This document shows positions 11,386 through 23,045 of a DNA stretch of 64,000 bases, in pieces (the stretch's first letter is position 1; every line of letters begins with the position of its first letter). The stretch is from a virus (Duplodnaviria; Caudoviricetes). The position numbers and the translations under genes are program-made. The stretch lies in IMG/VR virus record IMGVR_UViG_3300044856_000241, positions 32,001-96,000 of that record. One strand, 5' to 3'. Under the pieces are notes generated by a model. That model searched no databases, was not told the DNA's origin, and saw only the letters and a program-made list of their open reading frames with translations.

Positions 11386-14300
11386 GATATCTACCTCTTG
11401 TTTTCAAAAATATAATCTTTAATTAGCTTTTTATATCCAAACGGTGAATCTACTACTCGATTCGAGTATTGGAATTGTTTTAAGAATTGCATTACCTGAT
11501 ATGCATCCTGATGCGCGAGTGGCATAAACTTTACATATTTCGGATGACCTTGGATGCATATAACTGCCCAAGAATGTTCATTTGATTTGAAACCAACGTC
11601 AACACCGACATCTATTAGCTGTTCTATTAATTTTTGAGTAGCATCTAAATCTGCTTTAGCGATTTTGGCAGCAACATTGGCTTTGTTGTGTTCATTACAT
11701 GCTTCTTCATATTTAGAGATTGCGTCATTTAATGCTAACAACTCATCTTTGAACAACCAGTTCTTTAATTTTTCTCTCAATTTCATATTATTTTCCCTAG
11801 TTGAAAGCGCAGTTTCATCTACTCAAAATATTCACATATGTTTTGCTACGCTCATTCAGATTAATTTCATATACTTTGAAGAAATAGCTATACTTTTCCT
11901 CCAACTCTTCTAATGCTCTCTGTACATGTTCTTCATCATATACACCAAAGATATTGATCTCAACACCCCATGAATCTTCGTATGTATTTGCGCTAATTAC
12001 ATATAATTTCATTATTCTTCATTCTCCATTTTTTCATGCCACGCATCCAACACAGTAAGTAGCATTTCTCCTTTTTCAGTGAGCCAACATCCGCCAATAC
12101 TACTTCCGTGTTCTGTAAAATCATAATGATCCAAAACGTACATCATAAATTGAAGAACGCCATGTTCTGTGTCATTATCTACATCAATACATAGCTGCGT
12201 CTTATATTGCTCTTTAATCCCATCCCATGTAATATCTTTGTTCTCATGCCGAAGTTTTCTGATATGTAAATATCTTCTGATTGCTTCATATGTATCTTCC
12301 GGATTACCACATCCGCATAAATGTAATACATCAAACATGTAATAGTTCATTAATGAATCGATTAGAGATTCTTCGTACCAACTTTCTCTACAACCAGGAA
12401 TCACTTCACCGTTGTATACCATGTAGCAATCTGGATTAATTTTTGCAATATGTTCTGCAATTTCACTTAATTTCATTATTCTTTATTCTCCTAATTCTTC
12501 TTCGATTTGTTTCTGTAGTAACTCTTGAAAATTAGATCCAGAATAAAAATTATGTTCAAAAAATTTTAACCAAAGCATCATTTCTTCAATATCATCAGAA
12601 CCAAAATCCTTATGTATAGCATATGACAACGCCCTCAAAATATTTGGGCTAATATCTTTGTCATATCTGTCAAGAACTTTTCTAATAGTTTTGAATCTGT
12701 TCTCTTCTTTCTTCACTTCTGAAGTTGGTGGAATAAATAAATCATTAGAAATACCTTTATAATCTTCAGATTTCATAGTTATAATAAAAGCTTCTTCTTT
12801 TACATCTTCCAGAATACATGTAATATCATCATCCAGCCGGTTATAATTATTGGTATGTTTGTCCACAGCTGCAATTACTTCACTTTCCAGAAGCAATCTA
12901 TCTTTCTTATTCGCCATCTTTTCTCTCAATTCCTTCCTCAATAATATTTAAAATATCTGTTATACTTCGGTCTACACGATCAAAACAACACTGCAATGAT
13001 TTATACTCACCAAGAACACCTTCAGCATCTAATAAATTAGCAATATCTGATAAAATATCTTGTGCGTTGATAATTGCATCATACTCTTCTCTTGTCAGTT
13101 CAATTGATACCTTTGTAACTGTTCTCATATTTATATATTCTCTCCTACTCCATGTTTATTTCATAGTTACCTTCTTCTGTTAATGTATTTGACGGGACTG
13201 TGATGATATATTCTTTTTCTGTATTATCACTAAGATCTGTTCTTGCCAACAAACACAACCATGGATCAAATACTTTCCATCCGGTAGCTTTCTCCCAATC
13301 TATTTTTTCTTGATGTACTTCTATGTTCGGATGTACATCATCATTATATTTGATGTAAGAACTATCAGCTGGTACATGTCCAATAATCTCTCCTTTATCC
13401 ATTGTTCTTGAAAAGAAATAACTTAATTCTCCGTCAATATGTCCGCTTCTGTAATATATATATCCTTCAGTTACAAGGTTGTCTTTCATTGAATTAATGT
13501 TGAATTTATAAGAATAATCATATGTTGGGAAAACTGGTAAACAGATTACAATAAATGTAAGAAGTCCAGAAACAATAAAAGTTATCATCGCACTAAGAAT
13601 AAAACCACATACCACATCTTTTTTAAAACTGCATTCATCAAAATGTTTATAATTATACCAGCCATTCTTATATCTTTTTTGTATACCATCATCATTATTA
13701 AAAAATACCCACAACATAAAAATTGCCATTAATATGATAAATATCATCGTTTTCACCTCCCGGTTGAAAGAATAATTTTATGTATCATTCAAAGTAACTA
13801 TCAACTTCTTCGTCTGTTGGTGCTGCCATTTCTCCACAAATTTCTTTATAAACTTCTGGAGGAATATCACCTAATGAATGATCCTGTACATATAGTTCGT
13901 ATGAATCAAATGGAAAATGTAAAATCATTGTTCCTCACCTCAATTCTGACATCTTCATAAGTTCTACAATTTCTTCTTCCGTCAAATTTCTACCAAATTC
14001 CTGCCACATATCTGTCATTTCATGTATTTTTTTCTTTGTCGAAATAATCCGGAAGTTCCATTAAAACATTACTCAGTTCTTCTAAATTTTTGTATTTTCT
14101 CATAGTGTTACACGCTAACTCACATGCCTCATCTACTTTGGCAATTGTGGCATAGTATCTATCTTTGTCATTGTCAGTAATGATTGAGGCTCTGATTTTC
14201 TCGATCTCAGCTTCTGAAGTGGCTGGATCGAGAATTCTAATTGCTTTTTCTATTGTCATAATATTATTCTCCTTTTAATACCAATAATTGCTTGAGTAAT

Positions 14301-14531
14301 TCCAGCTAATTCTAATTGTCTCTGTGCTTTTCTAAATACATAATCAATATTTTCTGTTGGTTTAATAGTTCCATCTTCTTCCAAATGTTTATTTGGAATC
14401 CAAACATTTTGGTTCGTATTATTGATAGTAAAACGCTTCGCTTTCATATTTTTATATTTTCTATGTATAAGCTTTAAAGGGATTCCTTTGTAATACTGCA
14501 TCTCATAGTTCATATTCATACTTATTCTCTC

Positions 14532-15062
14532 CTACTTGAACAGATTCTTTAGATAATACTCAAAATATCCTCTAATGAACAACCCAGAATACTTATTATC
14601 TGGCATGAAGAATACAGGAATATCATATTTAAACCATATAGAATGAATTGAAGCCCAAAATGATTTTTTGTTATACTTCGTATCATAATTACCAGTTGCA
14701 ATATCAGCATAAGAACCATTTTCGATCAATAACACTTTATTCTCTGGAGCAAGACACAATTCTTTCTCAAATCTATCTCTTCCATTCGTAAGATTCCCGC
14801 TTATCTCTTCAAGGCTTCCTTTTCTTTCAACAACAATTCTTTTATCAAAATATAAATCTCTTGGTATTGATAATTTATTATTCTCTTCAATCATGAAGCT
14901 ATAATCACCATAACTGAGTGCTTTCTTTTTATACTTGATATTTTTACGGTCGAAGTAGTCAAGTATGTGCTGACACTTCTGTTCACGTGTATCAATAAGG
15001 ATTACGATGGACGAGATTAACTCATCCATCTCCTTATCTGTATATTTGTAATTACTAAACAT
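14532..15062 (-). CDS. ERCC4-domain nuclease
   Basis: IDTREQ, GDYS, VERKGS motifs. Confidence 0.88.
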   Translation of the reverse strand: MFSNYKYTDKEMDELISSIVILIDTREQKCQHILDYFDRKNIKYKKKALSYGDYSFMIEENNKLSIPRDLYFDKRIVVERKGSLEEISGNLTNGRDRFEKELCLAPENKVLLIENGSYADIATGNYDTKYNKKSFWASIHSIWFKYDIPVFFMPDNKYSGLFIRGYFEYYLKNLFK

Positions 15063-18000
15063 CCTCTTCTTCCTCAATTTCATCTTTTATCATGAATTTT
15101 TTCAGCCAAAATTCAAATTTTCCTGGAACATCCGCGTATATTTTTTTGCCTGTATCTGGATTTATTTCACCAGTAGGTTCTCTTTTATTCTTCTTTTCAA
15201 GTGAAAAAATCCAAAGAATCGATCCTTCTTCGAATCGTTGTTTTGAAAACTGACTTGTCCACATTTTGACCTGGCGAGTTTTACCACTATAGATTTCATA
15301 TAAAGAAATATTTACAATGGTTTTTCTTTCATCGATATTTGACACATAATAAAAACGTTTGCTAACTGTCGGATCAAAAATATTAATAATACCAAGAATT
15401 TGTTGTTGATTGTCTAACATCTCTTTTAATGACAACTTTCTATAAGGTATCATCTGTATTAATGTAAGAATAAGTTTTGCAGAATCTAATTTATTAAATT
15501 GTTTTTCTGTTTCATTACCATATTCTTTTAATATATCAAACGGGATATTGTATTCTCTTGCTTTATCTTTTGAGATCTGTTTTCTTCCATTTAATAAGTC
15601 ATAATATTTCATTGTTTCAAGAAGAGTATTTACATTTCCATATTTTTTGAAATAATTGAGCCTAATCAACTTATTTATAATTGTCTTGTTAATGGAATTT
15701 GAAATAAGTGCAGACAAAACATCTGTAAATGATTGATATTCAAATTGCCCCAATTCATAAAGAGCACCTACAACTCCTTCTCCAAAGCCTTTTACACTTG
15801 ATAAATTAGGATATATTGTTTTATTATCTTCATTAATTGTTACTTTTCTATTATCTGCGCCAAATTCATAATCTCCTAATTTATAACCCCAAAAATTAAT
15901 AGCTTCTTTTACCAATGCATCTATTTTATCTTTTTTATTTTTTTCTTGATAATGGTTGATTGCTACTTCGTAGAATTTTTTTGTATGATGTGCTTTAAAC
16001 CATGCCTGATATGCAGAGTCCCCCGACATCGACCAAGCATGTGGAGCATTGAAGGCATACGAGCCAGAAGCCTCTATTACATTCCAAACATTATTGAAAT
16101 TATTCAGTGCTCCAATTTCTTTCTTCCAACCAATTGTCAGCTTATTTAATAATTCTTCAAGCATCTCCGGATGATCTCTGTATTTCTTTTTAGAGATATT
16201 TTTGATTACTCCATATGTTTCAGACATTTGAAATTGCAAGAATGAAAGAACTTTCATAATAGATTCCTGATAGATCATAAAATGTGCAGTGTCAGATAAT
16301 AACGCATCAATTTTCTTTTCTCCTGTTGTATAAGGTTCACGATTTAAGAATGTATTCAATAGAGAAGAAAATCCTGGTCTAATAGCTGCAATAAAACTAC
16401 TTAACTCTGCTAAATTTTGTGGTTTATATTTTTTTACACGATTAGTTGTAGCTTCTTTCTCACATTGATTTACACAGCATGTAATTCCATTTGCATAGAT
16501 ATCCCAAGTTTCTTTATCGCCATCAATCATTTCTCGTAACTTTTCAAACGATGGAACTTCCATTCCAATACTATGAAAAAATTTATATGTAAGATATACA
16601 CTATCTACAATAAGAAAGTCTTCTTTTACATATCCAAATTCATCCAGATATCCACCCTCAATAGCAGCACAAATAGTTCTTTTGCCTGTTGATTCTGAAA
16701 CGGCACTGATTAATCCAACTTCTCTCCTAATGTCTCCATCAAAAATAAAGTGACCGCAAGCATGAACTTTTAAATTAATAGTAATTCCTTGATATTCATT
16801 GCTTTGTTTAAATAATTTAGCGTATCCTTCTGGGATAAAATCTTCTACATGAATATTCTCTTTTTCTTCATCATCTGCATACTTTAATGCTTTGTTATAA
16901 TCATCAAGATATTTTGAAATTTTATTAGCATCTTCAGGACTAACATCATTTACTCCAGCATATAGTTGCCATGCAGCTTTTTCTTTTAGTTTTTCAATTG
17001 CCATCAATGGATAACAACCATGTTCTCCTAATAATTTTCGAGCTGCCTTCACAAATGGTTCCTGTGTAGCAACATTTAAATCTATATCAGGCATTTGTCC
17101 TGCAAGAACACGCTCTTTTGTCAAAAACCGTTCTGGATAAATAGGAATATCTGCATTAAATCGATCAACAGTTGTAAGTCCTAGAAGTTTATTTGTGATA
17201 TATGAAGCAGCACTTCCTCTTGATGTTGTAGTTAATATTCCACCTTCGTTTTCTACTGCATCATCCACAATAGCTTTACTTGTTAAAAAGTAATCAACGA
17301 CACCAGAATCCATAACCTGTTTTGCTTCATACCTAATACCATCCGCTTTTTCTTTTGATTTTTCTTTTTCTTTAGAATATGCTTTATTTAAAATATCCTT
17401 ATAAATCTTACACTTTTCTTTATATGTTTTTTCTTTATGTACACTTGGAATTTTAAATTTTCTATCAAAAACAATTTCTTCACATTCCGACACAAAAACA
17501 TTTGTGTTCATAATTGCCATAAAAATTTCTTCAATAGAAAGAACTCCTTGTTTCAAAAATCTTTCAATTACGGTTTGAGTATCGGGATAATCGAGATACC
17601 ATCCCTGTTCATCAGGATAATTAATATTTTTATATTTCAAAATCTGATCACGTTTTATTGAATTTTCTTGTTTTATATAATGACTATCAAGACCACAAAT
17701 AATTTGAATATTATTTTCTTTTGCTATGCTCAAAATCTTTTTATTCAATGCCTTTTGGGAATCTGTGTTATGGTACTGTACTTCTAAAAAGAAATTATCT
17801 CCAAAATATTCGTGAACTTTTAACCAAATATTTTCGGCATCTTCATAATTCCATCCGGCTAAACAGGCAGAAGTTACTATTACATTATCTTTTGGAATAT
17901 TGAACAATAAATCTAAATCTATTCTTGGTTTATAATAGTATCCGTTAATATTCGCCATTGAAAGAGCGTAATTAATATCTTCTCTTCCTTGAGCATTTTT

Positions 18001-18381
18001 TGCAACAATTATCATATGACAATTAGCTCGATCTTTTTCTTTTCTGTCTTTTACCCAATATGCTTCTGTGGAATGAATGTATTTTAGGTGTTCTTTTTCT
18101 GCAACTTTGTATACTTTAAATTGATTCCCTTGAGAACCATGTTCTCCTGAATATAAGCACTTTGTTCCAAATTCATGAATTCTATTAGCATAATTTTCAA
18201 TTGATTCCGCACAATCCGGTGTTGATGTATTGCTAAAATCTTTATGACAATGATAATTCTCAAGATATAAATTTTTCGCAAAATCCTCTGCTGAATAAGG
18301 AAATTTAAACTTAAGTTTCGGTAATAGGTTTTCTACTAAGTCTAAATATTCTATATCAATCAACCTCCTCAATAGAATCAC
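15055..18381 (-). CDS. dnaE: DNA polymerase III alpha subunit (DnaE-type); start uncertain, possibly ATT/ATA near 18360
   Basis: PHP domain (YHCH, DSH), RGSAAS, PDIDL, HACG, YAFN..HA. Confidence 0.93.
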   Translation of the reverse strand: MILLRRLIDIEYLDLVENLLPKLKFKFPYSAEDFAKNLYLENYHCHKDFSNTSTPDCAESIENYANRIHEFGTKCLYSGEHGSQGNQFKVYKVAEKEHLKYIHSTEAYWVKDRKEKDRANCHMIIVAKNAQGREDINYALSMANINGYYYKPRIDLDLLFNIPKDNVIVTSACLAGWNYEDAENIWLKVHEYFGDNFFLEVQYHNTDSQKALNKKILSIAKENNIQIICGLDSHYIKQENSIKRDQILKYKNINYPDEQGWYLDYPDTQTVIERFLKQGVLSIEEIFMAIMNTNVFVSECEEIVFDRKFKIPSVHKEKTYKEKCKIYKDILNKAYSKEKEKSKEKADGIRYEAKQVMDSGVVDYFLTSKAIVDDAVENEGGILTTTSRGSAASYITNKLLGLTTVDRFNADIPIYPERFLTKERVLAGQMPDIDLNVATQEPFVKAARKLLGEHGCYPLMAIEKLKEKAAWQLYAGVNDVSPEDANKISKYLDDYNKALKYADDEEKENIHVEDFIPEGYAKLFKQSNEYQGITINLKVHACGHFIFDGDIRREVGLISAVSESTGKRTICAAIEGGYLDEFGYVKEDFLIVDSVYLTYKFFHSIGMEVPSFEKLREMIDGDKETWDIYANGITCCVNQCEKEATTNRVKKYKPQNLAELSSFIAAIRPGFSSLLNTFLNREPYTTGEKKIDALLSDTAHFMIYQESIMKVLSFLQFQMSETYGVIKNISKKKYRDHPEMLEELLNKLTIGWKKEIGALNNFNNVWNVIEASGSYAFNAPHAWSMSGDSAYQAWFKAHHTKKFYEVAINHYQEKNKKDKIDALVKEAINFWGYKLGDYEFGADNRKVTINEDNKTIYPNLSSVKGFGEGVVGALYELGQFEYQSFTDVLSALISNSINKTIINKLIRLNYFKKYGNVNTLLETMKYYDLLNGRKQISKDKAREYNIPFDILKEYGNETEKQFNKLDSAKLILTLIQMIPYRKLSLKEMLDNQQQILGIINIFDPTVSKRFYYVSNIDERKTIVNISLYEIYSGKTRQVKMWTSQFSKQRFEEGSILWIFSLEKKNKREPTGEINPDTGKKIYADVPGKFEFWLKKFMIKDEIEEEEDV

Positions 18382-19975
18382 AAACTGCTTTTAACACAAA
18401 TTTTCTACCTAACCAACCAGAATCGAGCGTCACCACAGCTTCCAATTCATCTCCCATCATTGAATGATCTTCCATATAGTCAAATGATCCATTAAAATTC
18501 CACTTAATAAACTGTAAAAAATCGTTTGGTTTTACCACTAAGTGCTTATAATCGCTCATTTGACCTATTTCGTATTCATCAATCCCATCAACAAAAAATC
18601 GAAATTGTTTAAATCCTGTACCAGATACAAAATCCAGCTCTTTTACGCCGTCAATTAATTTTCTGGTAATATCAGATACATCAATTTGTGCATCTACTGT
18701 AATTGTTGTTTCTGTTGATAATTCTGGAAGATTATCCTCGATATAAAAAATGAAATCATCAAAATTAGATTTTTCGATTTTAATACCTGACGCAAGTTCA
18801 TGACCATCAGCTTGTGCCAATCCGCTGTCATTACATATTTTTCTGAAATCATCTACGCCAACAGCTCTCATAGAACCGGAATATGCGTCTTCAACATTTT
18901 TTAAAACAAGAATTGGTTTTTGATATTTCTCAAGAAGTTTGTTTGCTAAAAGTCCTGCGATGCCAAATTTTGTATCAATAAACGCATATACCATTTTTTT
19001 ATCTGACTGTAAATCACACTGAGCAATTACATCAGGAAGTAATCGTTCAACTTCTTCATTCTGTTGCTCCTTGCATGATTTTAATACTTTCACATATTTC
19101 AGGACTTCTTTGTTTTCATCTGCCATAAAAGCAGACATAGCATCTTCATTTTTACCAATTCGGTTTGCCGCATTAACCAACGGAGCAATACTGAAAGAAA
19201 TCGCCGTGCTGTTGAATGGGAAACTACCAACAATTTTTTTAACTGCTGGATTATAAATCTTTTGCAATCCTTTATATACAATATATCTATTCTCCATCAC
19301 GGTCATATCAACCATATCCGCCACAAGTCCACATGCTGCCAAGTCCATCAGTTCATCAGCATATGACATACTATATCTCTTGTCTAGGTATTTACAAAAT
19401 TTCCACGTAACACCTGCACCTGATAATGCCGGATTATCGTAATCACGCTGAGAAGATACTAAAATAGCATAATCATCATATGGAATTTCTGGTTTAATTG
19501 CATGGTGATCTAAAATGATAATATCTACACCAGCTTCCGCTAACTTTTTATATTGTTCGACACTATTATCCAAACTATCTACAATGATTAGCAGGTCTAA
19601 CATTTCAAACTTTTTCAAGTCCTGACCTTTTAAACCATGCTTCTTACCATAATCAATATATGTATTCATTTTCGTTGTAAGGAAATTTTGCAAATATCGT
19701 GTAATAATAGTGCCGGACGACACGCCATCCAAATCCGTATCCCACAACACGCCTACCCATTCATCATTTTTAATTGCTTGATCAACACGTTCTGCCGCCA
19801 CGCCTATGTACGTCATACTGTCGAGCGGTAGCATATATTCTTCCGTAGGATGTAAAAAAGAGTCTGGATCATTAATACCTCTACTTTCCAATAAAGTATC
19901 AATGATCTCCTCTTCGTACATCCCACGGCAATCATTTAAAATATTATAATTCTTCTTCGTCTCTACTATCTCCAA
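18356..19975 (-). CDS. recJ: RecJ-like DHH exonuclease
   Basis: DTDLDG, DHH, SGAGV, GSMR, GHELASG. Confidence 0.9.
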   Translation of the reverse strand: MEIVETKKNYNILNDCRGMYEEEIIDTLLESRGINDPDSFLHPTEEYMLPLDSMTYIGVAAERVDQAIKNDEWVGVLWDTDLDGVSSGTIITRYLQNFLTTKMNTYIDYGKKHGLKGQDLKKFEMLDLLIIVDSLDNSVEQYKKLAEAGVDIIILDHHAIKPEIPYDDYAILVSSQRDYDNPALSGAGVTWKFCKYLDKRYSMSYADELMDLAACGLVADMVDMTVMENRYIVYKGLQKIYNPAVKKIVGSFPFNSTAISFSIAPLVNAANRIGKNEDAMSAFMADENKEVLKYVKVLKSCKEQQNEEVERLLPDVIAQCDLQSDKKMVYAFIDTKFGIAGLLANKLLEKYQKPILVLKNVEDAYSGSMRAVGVDDFRKICNDSGLAQADGHELASGIKIEKSNFDDFIFYIEDNLPELSTETTITVDAQIDVSDITRKLIDGVKELDFVSGTGFKQFRFFVDGIDEYEIGQMSDYKHLVVKPNDFLQFIKWNFNGSFDYMEDHSMMGDELEAVVTLDSGWLGRKFVLKAVCDSIEEVD

Positions 19976-20972
19976 TCATTTTTATTTCATTTTCCAAAAT
20001 GTAATATAATCGTTCTTTACCTAAATCAGATGGTGACGACTTATTAGGATAATCCTTATCAAAGAAATCCCAATATCCGATTTCAATTTCAGCAAACCGC
20101 GAATATGCTTGTACCATTCTGATATTACGTTCTATATATTCATATTTGTAACCAACATCATGCATAAAAATTACTCTATGTGGGTTAAGTTCCAATAAAA
20201 GCTGTACCTGTTTTGAACTAACTGTTCCCGATCCAAGTGCAACACAATTTCTTATTCCGTATGAATAACACTGAAGAACGGATTTCTCCGCTTCAAAGAT
20301 TAATATTACTCCACCGGTAAGATACTCATAGTTTTGATAATATCCGTAGAGTGTCAAACTCATCTGACATGGTTCTGCGTAAAAATACTTCATTTCTCCA
20401 TCAGGAACTTCATAATTGAATCGTTCCTTTACACCCATGAGTTGTCCATACGGATTTCTTATTGGGATTGTGATTCCTTGTGCCTCAATATCATAACCAA
20501 TCTCAAATTTTTTCTGCGCTCCAAGCGAAATATTATCTTGAAGAAATCTTAAATTACAAATATGTTGATATTGGTCAAGAACCGATTCATCATATATTTT
20601 TTCTTTACATACACTTTTCTTGTGAACATGCTTATAAAATCCGCCAAAAATCCCACGTTTGTTAAAGTACTCATAATAATCAGAGATACCAAGTTCTTTT
20701 TTTACAACGTTAAGTACATCTTTAAACTCAACATGTCGTTGTGAAATAATGTACGAAAACATATCCTGATTGATATTTCTCGGATAATCATTCACATATA
20801 GATACTTGTTACCCTCTAATTTGATTACGATTGACTTCTTAGAAGATTCAGCATCTCTTCCAAACTGGATATATTTCGGTCGTACCACAATATTGCAGTA
20901 GCCGAAATGTTCCAGTACGTTCCGTAGTTTTTCTGGATGTTCTATAAGCTCTTTTTTAATTTCTTCAAGCAT
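19944..20972 (-). CDS. DNA primase (TOPRIM)
   Basis: IPIRN..G, LYG, FEAEKS, MHD; lies between helicase and RecJ. Confidence 0.8.
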   Translation of the reverse strand: MLEEIKKELIEHPEKLRNVLEHFGYCNIVVRPKYIQFGRDAESSKKSIVIKLEGNKYLYVNDYPRNINQDMFSYIISQRHVEFKDVLNVVKKELGISDYYEYFNKRGIFGGFYKHVHKKSVCKEKIYDESVLDQYQHICNLRFLQDNISLGAQKKFEIGYDIEAQGITIPIRNPYGQLMGVKERFNYEVPDGEMKYFYAEPCQMSLTLYGYYQNYEYLTGGVILIFEAEKSVLQCYSYGIRNCVALGSGTVSSKQVQLLLELNPHRVIFMHDVGYKYEYIERNIRMVQAYSRFAEIEIGYWDFFDKDYPNKSSPSDLGKERLYYILENEIKMIGDSRDEEEL

Positions 20973-20991
20973 ACTTCACTCCAAAACTAAT

Positions 20992-22551
20992 TTATTTTAT
21001 TTCTCCATGTTTAAATCTCGCCTGCGCCACTTCCCGAAAAATACAATGATCACCTGAATATTTAATTAAATATCCAACTCCTGTGTCACTTGAGTTTGAT
21101 CCTGAGCGGCATTTTTCCACGAACAAAGCTCGCCATACAGCAGATCTGTCTGGTTTATACTCCTCTTCAATCCATTTGCCATTTACTTTTTTCAATCTAA
21201 ATGGATGGCAGTAATATTTACTTTTTTCGTCGAGTTCTTCATCATACACCGTGCGCATTAAGAATAGATTTTCCAAAATTTCTTTAATCTGTTTAGCATT
21301 GCTCAAACAACTTGCATCTAAAAATAGCTTACCTTTCATATACTCAGCTAACTGAACAGAAGCCAACATGATTAAATTATATTTTTTGGCAAGTTTATCA
21401 AGTTCTCGGCTATCTCTTACTAAAGCTAAGTCCTGACGAGAGTTAGAAAAATCACCCTCTTGAATTTTAAATGTGTCATATAAGACGGTATCATATCCAT
21501 GCCTCAATACATTTTCTCGAATTTTTTTCTTAATAACTCCCATATTTGCATCATTAATAGAAATAAATTTAACCTTACCTTTGTAATTCTCTCTCCAAAA
21601 TTTCTGAACATCAGTAAGCTGCGCTCTTGATTCTGGATCAATATCGCCAGTGGATAATTTTTTTTTGGTTAATTTAAAATATCTATTGCGTTTTGCCAGG
21701 AGCCAAATCATGAATTTCACTTTGAATTTCTTTATAGACTCTTCATTCGATATAATCAGAATTTTTCGTTCATAATACAGCAATGCCATTAAAATGGTGA
21801 TATAATATGTACTTTTTCCTACGCTCGAAAAGCCACCCACCATAGTAAATGTTCCTTCGAGTAAACCCATTACTTGTCTGGATAGAAATGGGAAACAATT
21901 TATCTCTTCACCATTTTTATCATATCCAGCAATGTCAAACGGAACACCATTCTCTTCTCCTTCTTCGCAAGATTCAATAAATTCATCATCAAAATCAATC
22001 TCCTCTTCCTCAAGAATTTTGCTGGAGTATCCTGTGCCATATGAACTAATCCTTGCCTCGTACCAATCTGTCACTTCTTCTGCTGTCATTTTACGAAACA
22101 ATTTAATCGGGATAATTTCTTTGCCGTTAAAATCAATTTTCTGCGAAAGGTTGAACCCATCGTCATGTAGTTTCAGGATAATATTCTCTCTGTATAGAAT
22201 ATCTATATAAGTATCAAAATTCTGCACATTAATAATGTCAATCTGATGTTGAATTGTTTCCCATCCACCATTGGCTTCATAACGCTCCAAAGCCTCAGAA
22301 GAGAGGTTCGATAAAATAGTGATTTCATCAAGAGAATAGAACCCTTTTTTTCGCAAATTCGATACTAAACCATAATAAAAACGACCATCTGAAGTGATAA
22401 AATCGTCAGATTCGAAAGTTGTATCGTCTAATAGCAACATATCTTTGAAAAAACAGCTAACAACATTACCCTCAGCTTCCAATCTTCCTTTCAGAAGAAT
22501 AGCAGGATACTTTTCTTTTACACCTGTTAAAAATTCCCCGATGTTTATCAC
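20992..22551 (-). CDS. DnaB-like replicative helicase
   Basis: Walker A GFSSVGKS, SNE, YDTFK, VQL, EKCR. Confidence 0.88.
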   Translation of the reverse strand: MINIGEFLTGVKEKYPAILLKGRLEAEGNVVSCFFKDMLLLDDTTFESDDFITSDGRFYYGLVSNLRKKGFYSLDEITILSNLSSEALERYEANGGWETIQHQIDIINVQNFDTYIDILYRENIILKLHDDGFNLSQKIDFNGKEIIPIKLFRKMTAEEVTDWYEARISSYGTGYSSKILEEEEIDFDDEFIESCEEGEENGVPFDIAGYDKNGEEINCFPFLSRQVMGLLEGTFTMVGGFSSVGKSTYYITILMALLYYERKILIISNEESIKKFKVKFMIWLLAKRNRYFKLTKKKLSTGDIDPESRAQLTDVQKFWRENYKGKVKFISINDANMGVIKKKIRENVLRHGYDTVLYDTFKIQEGDFSNSRQDLALVRDSRELDKLAKKYNLIMLASVQLAEYMKGKLFLDASCLSNAKQIKEILENLFLMRTVYDEELDEKSKYYCHPFRLKKVNGKWIEEEYKPDRSAVWRALFVEKCRSGSNSSDTGVGYLIKYSGDHCIFREVAQARFKHGEIK

Positions 22552-22555
22552 TCCC

Positions 22556-23035
22556 TTACATTAAGTCGTCCAGTGCGCGACGTTTTTTATTTCTTTTGAA
22601 TTTCATATTCACAATATCGCCCTCAACCTGATGTGTGATTACAGGCTCTGGTGTGTGGTCATTTACAAAATCTCTCATGTTATTACTAAGAATTGTGGAA
22701 AAATATCTGATTTGACCGTATTCTTTCTCAAAATCACGGTGCATGACTTCATACAGATAATCAAAATTATCAGTGAGATAATCACCGATAGAATCATATG
22801 GATAACATTTTGCTAATGCATTAATTTCCTTATATAATGCAGTATTTGTTACTACATATCCAAAAATCTGATTAATTAAATCATATACCCGCTCTCGGTC
22901 TTGACGTTCTTTAATCACAGAATTGTATTCTTCTTCATTACAGTAGTAGGTGTTTTTATCACCTACTACTACTTTGAATGCTAACTTCTGATCAATTTTT
23001 TCTCCGCACTTGCGGCATTTGACCATTCTCGGCAT
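22556..23035 (-). CDS. Hypothetical Zn-finger replication protein
   Basis: CRKC..YYC; located in the replication operon. Confidence 0.5.
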   Translation of the reverse strand: MPRMVKCRKCGEKIDQKLAFKVVVGDKNTYYCNEEEYNSVIKERQDRERVYDLINQIFGYVVTNTALYKEINALAKCYPYDSIGDYLTDNFDYLYEVMHRDFEKEYGQIRYFSTILSNNMRDFVNDHTPEPVITHQVEGDIVNMKFKRNKKRRALDDLM

Positions 23036-23045
23036 AGCTTTTCTC